A stretch of 64,000 nt of DNA from Bugula neritina (taxonomy: Eukaryota > Animalia > Bryozoa): assembly GCA_964035545.1 (NCBI GenBank), contig OZ037772.1, positions 9,603,150 through 9,667,149 of the forward strand. Direction: 5' to 3'. A program made the translations under genes and the position numbers. Positions 59,501 through 64,000 of the stretch are shown here, piece after piece; positions within the stretch are counted from its first letter, which is position 1, and each line of letters opens with the position of its first letter. The notes below the pieces were generated by a model. The model worked only from the letters and a program-made list of their open reading frames with translations, did not search any database and was not told the DNA's origin.

Positions 59501-62500
59501 ACTGAAAAATTAGGATAAAACACAGAAAATCAAGCAAAATTGGGAAAAAACCTTGCTTATTCAGTTGTATTTGTTATGATTTTATCAATTTAATGCAAGA
59601 AACTATATACATTAGCGGCTAAACTGTGAAAAGTAGCTAAAAACTAGAGATATGTAGTGTGTACTAAGTTAAGTAAAATCTCAATTATATGTTCTGTAGC
59701 ACGTTTCAATTTTTCGAATCCGATTGCTCTTTTTCCTATGGTAAAAACTTTTGTGAGAAAAAACAGTAAAAGTGTTTGTTCAAGCAGGATATAAAATTTA
59801 CCTGCAAGGGGATCTTTTCGAGATTTGAGTGTTAAAGCTTTGTTTTGTTCAAGCATTGTAGAGTTGGACTAAAATTAAAACTTCGCCTTTTTATTCTGAA
59901 TTACTTTAATTTCTAGATGGTGATACAACTACTATAGGGGTGCATTCCAACAGCTTAGATATGTACATAGCAGAAGCCCCCCCTCTCAAAGTCTGTATAG
60001 CTTACACCACTGTCCCCCACTACGCTCATTTGTATGATGATCTGTACGACATTTTATCACAGATTCTCACCCAGTTCTTCAACTGTGAAGTCATAAACTA
60101 CAAATATATAAGATCCAGGTAAGAATATGTTGGTTGTGAATAGTTTGTTTCGTGAGAAATCATGGAGCATAGCCTGTGTGCTAGAAATTAGTTACCCGCA
60201 GTAAGATTTTCAGTCTCTCCGTTCAACAATGTTGGGTAAAATAACAACTCAGGTTATAAACTAGTAATTTTCCTGAATCTCATCTCTTGCTACTAGTACT
60301 GAGGGGGTGATTGATGTTTAAACCGACTGCTCTTCGGCTTTTAGGACTTTGATATTTTAATAACTATTGTGTGACTTCTTAGCTCACTAACCCTCTCACT
60401 CAGTAACTATGTGACTCAGTAACTCTCTCACTCAGTAACTGTATCACTCAGTAACTGCATCACTCAGTAACTCTCTCTCTCAGTAACTCTCACTCAGTGA
60501 CTCTTTCACTCAGTAACTGTATCATTCAGTAACTGTATCACTCAGTAACTCTCTCACTCAGCAACTCTCTCACTCAGTAACTGTATCACTCAGTAATTTT
60601 CTCACTCAGTAACTATGTGACTCAGTGACTTTGTGACTCAGTAAATCTGTGACACTATTACTCTGTCACTCTCCAACTCATACATAAGCCACGAGACAGG
60701 GGTTGCAAGTGACCTATGAAATTTGGTGAGAACGGCACCAGTGAGATATGGAGGGAGCACTGCATTTTGATTCCAACAACTACATTAGATGAACAATTTA
60801 AGTATCTACAGGATAAAATAAAATTTATATTAAGAAAAGTCCATTTGTCGTTCAACCCGCTTTTTTATTACAGATGATATTTTTATTCGAAGCTTCTTTA
60901 TCTATAGCGGTTCACACAGTGAAGTACGTACAGACGTTGAATATTTCTTTCTGTAGAGAAGCTGGTCTAGCAGACTGTCAGTTCCTCATCGTTCTATGCT
61001 CATCCCAGCTATTCACTGCCTATAATATGCTCAATATGGAGACAAAGCCTCAGCTCTCAAAAGACAGGGTATTTTCCAGCAATTTACTGAGACTTCTAGT
61101 CACCCCCCAACCTGTAGAAAGATTCATCAGAGTAATGGTTAGTACTGAGGCTTCAACTGTAAGGATTTCTTACAGCTGAATAAATATTGCTAGAAGCAGC
61201 GCCTAGTTAAGGGTGACTGATTACAGAATTTGTGTCTAAACCCAATACCAAACCAATGCTCGCAGTGGCAACCAACTTGGTGCTGCTTCTAGCAATTTCC
61301 CAGCTAAATACCAACTAAACTCGTTTATTTTTTGTGTCATGGTGTTTACGTGTTTCTTAATTCAGAAATTTGGGGCGTTTGTACACCCCTCCCTAAGGTA
61401 TGTAAAAAAAGCTAGTTCCAAGCTAAGGTAGCTACACTCCTTCTGTTTGTCTGATTATATTATCATTAAATATCACAAAAGCTGAAAATCTTTGCTGTAG
61501 TTACAATGCTAGTCAACGAGTTTAAGTTTAGGTGGGGGCCCGACAGTCATTGATTTGCTTCTTACTTCTAATTATAACTGATGTGTTTAACACGAGTTTT
61601 CAATACCAGATATTTTTCATCCAAGATGTCTACCAATAAAAGACTAAAGTAAACTAAATTCTCTAAATGACAAGGGAAGTAAATTCAATTTACTGCCAAC
61701 TATTTATCTTGCTCCGCCCTAGATTTGAACATACTTTTATCATAAAAACACTCAGCATATCCAGTTTTGATGTACAGTTACTGAGATTCATAGCAGTGTC
61801 AGTGCTTATAATTATTGCAGCTAAAATGAATAACTTTTTACTATGCGATACTTCGTGGAAAAATCAACTTTATTTTGAATTAAAATGGTGTTACTTTAAT
61901 TCATTCAGTGATTATGGACAACTGCTAAAAGCTTAGATAAAAATGAATTTACATTCAGTTTTATTGAAATAGTTTTAAAGTTATTTTAGAACTGTTTCGG
62001 ATGTTATCTGTTGAATTATGAATAATTAGCAAATTTTTTCTGATATCGAAAGTTTCTATAACATTTATTTGCTAACATAAATAGAATATATGCATATACC
62101 ATGGCATAGATATTTTATATACAAGTGGTCTAGGGGTTAGAGAGTTTGCCTAGTAAACACGAAGGTCATGGGTTCAGCCCTGACAAAGGCTATTGGTGAT
62201 GTTAGGAAGAGCATCCAGTCATAATTGCTCCTGTGCCACATATTAATAAGTCCTTAGCCCCATTTAACACAACAACCCTTTCAACCAGAGATAGCAACTA
62301 TAAACTTCATATGAATAAGTCCTTAGCCCTCTTTAACAAAAACCCCTTCTATCAGGGGTTTCTCACAGGGGCGGTGACTATAAACTAACGTGAGTTTTTT
62401 CTTTAGTTGATGAGTTCAGAGCAGTTTTTAGTCGTATAAGTCTTGATATTGATCTAAAGTGTGAACTGGAATATTAGGATTTGTCTTATCAATATTTTAG

Positions 62501-63420
62501 CTTAAGTTTGACCACTTACCTGATAAGTGTGTGCAGAAGCTACAGGCCCACCCGCATAGTCGAGAGGTCAAGGTCTATTCTATTCTAGATGATCTAGAAC
62601 AACTGGTAAGAGCTCTCTCTGCAGTTTATATGATTATATTATATATGATTATATTATATGTTATTATATTATATGTGATTATATTATATGTGATTGTATT
62701 ATATGTTATTATATTATATTATATGTTATTATATTATATGCGATCATAATATAAATGTGATAATATTATATGTGATTATAATATATTACTTTTTAGTATC
62801 TATATTTAGTATCTGTTGATGATAACCTATTATTTTATTAATGTCCTTTGAGGGGGCCGCTCGGTCTCAAAGGATATGTTAATGTATAATATCATTACAT
62901 TATATATGATAATATTATAAATGGTTATATGATATAATATTATGAATGTATATGGTTATAATAATGCATATATTATAGTCATGATAAATATGGTTATATT
63001 ATCTATGATTATAATGAAAAGCAGCAGTAGTCTAGAGGTTAGAGTGCTTTCCTAGTAAACATGAAGTCATGAGTTCGAGCCCCAGTAAAGGCTATTGGTG
63101 ATGTAGAAAAAGCATCCAGTCATAATTGCTCCTGTACCACATATGAATAAGTACATAGCCTACTTTAGAAAACCCTTTCATCAGGGGTTCTCACAGGGAT
63201 AAGGACTATAAACTTGCATTAGTTTTTGTCCATGATTATAATTATATAATTATATTATATGATTATATTATTTAGTCATAGCTGTGTGCCGTCTCAAGAA
63301 AATTTATTTTATGTCATATTTGTTCAGGCAGGACTAGTGTGCTCCAGGGGGGTGGGGTGTGTCAACAATACTCCAGTCAGTGCTGTCACTTACCAAGACT
63401 TTCAGAAAGAAGGAAATATG
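45035..63420 (+). CDS. Interleukin-17-receptor-like type I membrane protein (FN3-like ectodomain, TM helix, SEFIR-like domain), 3' end outside window
   Basis: Phase-consistent exons 45035..45178 (signal peptide), 47013..47046, 51559..51711, 52086..52156, 52532..52727, 53223..53422, 54037..54102, 55315..55417, 56047..56207, 56773..56874, 57904..58036, 59035..59235 (TM ISVALVIVALVVACFVV-RRSK), 59917..60118, 60957..61137, 62501..62605, 63328..63420. FN3-like motifs: VVLIWKPP..KGYRV, TYQAEIVTLP, VSFDNLLPGTYGFRVWP. SEFIR-like motifs: LKVCIAY...IL..FNCEV, FLIVLCS, RFIRV..F, VYSILDDLEQL. No stop codon is reached. Confidence 0.78.
46764..46921. mobile_element. Short MITE (~158 bp)
   Basis: TIRs GGAGCAGTAGTGAAGAAATTGAGA / TCTCAATTTCTCCATTACCGCACC; second copy at 58766..58923. 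Confidence 0.75.
47126..47320. mobile_element. Tc1/mariner-type MITE with TA TSD
   Basis: TA-CAGTGCTCTTTCCATATCTCACT ... AGTGAGATATGGAGGGAGCACTG-TA; a lone right end also occurs at ~60740. Confidence 0.8.
47540..47913. mobile_element. MITE with AGGCCTGGCCTCAC TIRs
   Basis: Perfect 14-bp inverted termini; homologous to the 25433 element. Confidence 0.82.
48167..48673. mobile_element. Non-autonomous hAT-type element with an 8-bp TSD (ACACACAT)
   Basis: TIRs CAGGGCTGGGGT-AATT / AATTGACCCCAACCCTG; identical ACACACAT at 48159-48166 and 48674-48681; dense subterminal GTAATT/AATTAC motifs. Confidence 0.85.
48674..49108. repeat. (CATA/CACA)n microsatellite
   Basis: Directly visible; source of the CVYM/THIY ORFs. 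Confidence 0.95.
50446..50698. repeat. (ACT/ACC)n trinucleotide microsatellite
   Basis: Directly visible. Confidence 0.95.
50738..50950 (+). mobile_element. tRNA-derived SINE (family 1)
   Basis: GCAGCCGTGGTCTAGGGGTTAGAGC...GGGTTCGAACCCTGACAAAGG...GTGACTATAAAC. Confidence 0.85.
54130..54350. repeat. ~20-bp minisatellite (GTGGTTTAGTGTGG(C/T)TAGAG) resembling the SINE head
   Basis: Starts with GAGCAGC-ATGGTTTAG like the family 1 SINE head, then repeats it ~10 times. Confidence 0.85.
55022..55257. repeat. 21-bp minisatellite (TCTACTTACTTCTAGTGTACA, ~11 copies)
   Basis: Directly visible. Confidence 0.93.
57047..57481. mobile_element. Non-autonomous DNA element with ~18-bp TIRs
   Basis: TAAGTTGCGTTTATACCT ... 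AGGTATAAACACAACTTTA; homologous to 2105..2403. Confidence 0.78.
58766..58923. mobile_element. Short MITE (~158 bp), copy of 46764..46921
   Basis: Same TIRs and internal ACTTCTT-TGCTACATTT-TAATCTAG. Confidence 0.75.
59313..59670. repeat. Long inverted repeat / foldback element (~125-bp arms)
   Basis: 59313..59438 is an imperfect reverse complement of 59547..59670 (e.g. ATCTCTAGTTTTTAGCT / AGCTAAAAACTAGAGAT and TAGTTTCTTGCATTAAA / TTTAATGCAAGAAACTA). Confidence 0.88.
60392..60645. repeat. ~15-17-bp minisatellite built on CTCAGTAACT
   Basis: Directly visible tandem variants CACTCAGTAACTCTCT / CACTCAGTAACTGTAT. Confidence 0.9.
61186..61296. mobile_element. Very short MITE-like element
   Basis: TIRs ATTGCTAGAAGCAGC / GCTGCTTCTAGCAAT; a related end occurs at ~1155..1200 in the CRLS1 3' region. 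Confidence 0.65.
62125..62400 (+). mobile_element. tRNA-derived SINE (family 1) with a duplicated 3' part
   Basis: Family match; AATAAGTCCTTAGCCC...ACTATAAAC occurs twice. Confidence 0.82.
62628..62790. repeat. 15-bp AT-rich minisatellite (TATGTGATTATATTA)
   Basis: Directly visible. Confidence 0.85.
63020..63225 (+). mobile_element. tRNA-derived SINE (family 1)
   Basis: Family match along its whole length. Confidence 0.82.
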
Positions 63421-63810
63421 GTGAGAGAGCTGAGTTTATTGGTTCATATATTTCACTTGTAGCCAATCTAAAACCTTGTATAGTTGATATTATATAGACT
63501 TGTTTTTATCGCTGTATTTCTATGAATCAAATATAGCTGTAGTCCGGCAGTAAAAGGTTTAAATAGTTTTTTGGTCAGTTTAAGTAAGATCTTAATTAAA
63601 TCTAATCAATTAGGTTTCTAATTAATCAACAATTGACAAAAATGACAATCAGTGAAATTAAACTTGTTGATCGTTAAATAATAAACTAAAATTAACAGGA
63701 TTATATTGTAACTGTGCACTCAACTGTGGAGTATAAATAAACTGAAGCTGCTCTGTTGTATTTAAAGTAAATATCAAGAACTGATCAATTGTGATAAATT
63801 AAATAGGTTC

Positions 63811-64000
63811 AAGTTTAGGGCTGCAACACTCACAAGTTTAGGGCTGCAACACTCACAAGTTTAGGGCTGCAACACTCACAAGTTTAGGGCTGCAACACTC
63901 ACAAGTTTAGGGCTGCAACACTCACCAGTTTACGACTGCAACACTCACCAGTTTAGGGCTGCAACACTTACAAGTTTAGGGCTGCAACACTCAAAAGTTT
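63811..64000. repeat. 23-bp tandem repeat (AAGTTTAGGGCTGCAACACTCAC, at least 8 copies), runs off the window edge
   Basis: Directly visible head-to-tail units with no spacers. Confidence 0.95.

Noticed and set aside
63811-64000. 23-bp direct repeats as a CRISPR array
   Set aside because: Units are head-to-tail with no unique spacers, there are no cas genes, and the context is a eukaryotic intron.

Overview
AT-rich, intron-rich animal (invertebrate-like) genomic DNA; the organism cannot be determined from the sequence alone. Most ORF-track entries are exon fragments or microsatellite artefacts. Splicing exons by hand (checking GT/GC-AG sites and phase) gives five protein-coding genes. (1) Cardiolipin synthase CRLS1 (minus strand, 4 coding exons). 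(2) Head-to-head with it, selenoprotein F/Sep15 (plus strand, 5 exons, in-frame TGA in a C-S-U motif, SECIS in the 3' UTR). (3) A hemopexin-less matrixin/MMP-like protease with a very short propeptide and a basic tail. (4) A ~1900-aa predicted secreted protein of 13 F-type-lectin/discoidin-like domains. (5) An IL-17-receptor-like FN3-TM-SEFIR protein running off the right edge. Introns carry several MITE families, a hAT-type element, two tRNA-derived SINE-like families and many micro/minisatellites. The most striking observation concerns gene 4: each domain is encoded by an N-half (A) exon and a C-half (B) exon, and the 13 A and 13 B exons do not alternate. Their order, AABAABABBABABABABBABAABABB, is a perfectly balanced bracket string, suggesting domains inserted inside domains up to three levels deep, i.e. 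a branched single-chain protein. All gene models are manual and untested by RNA data or database search.
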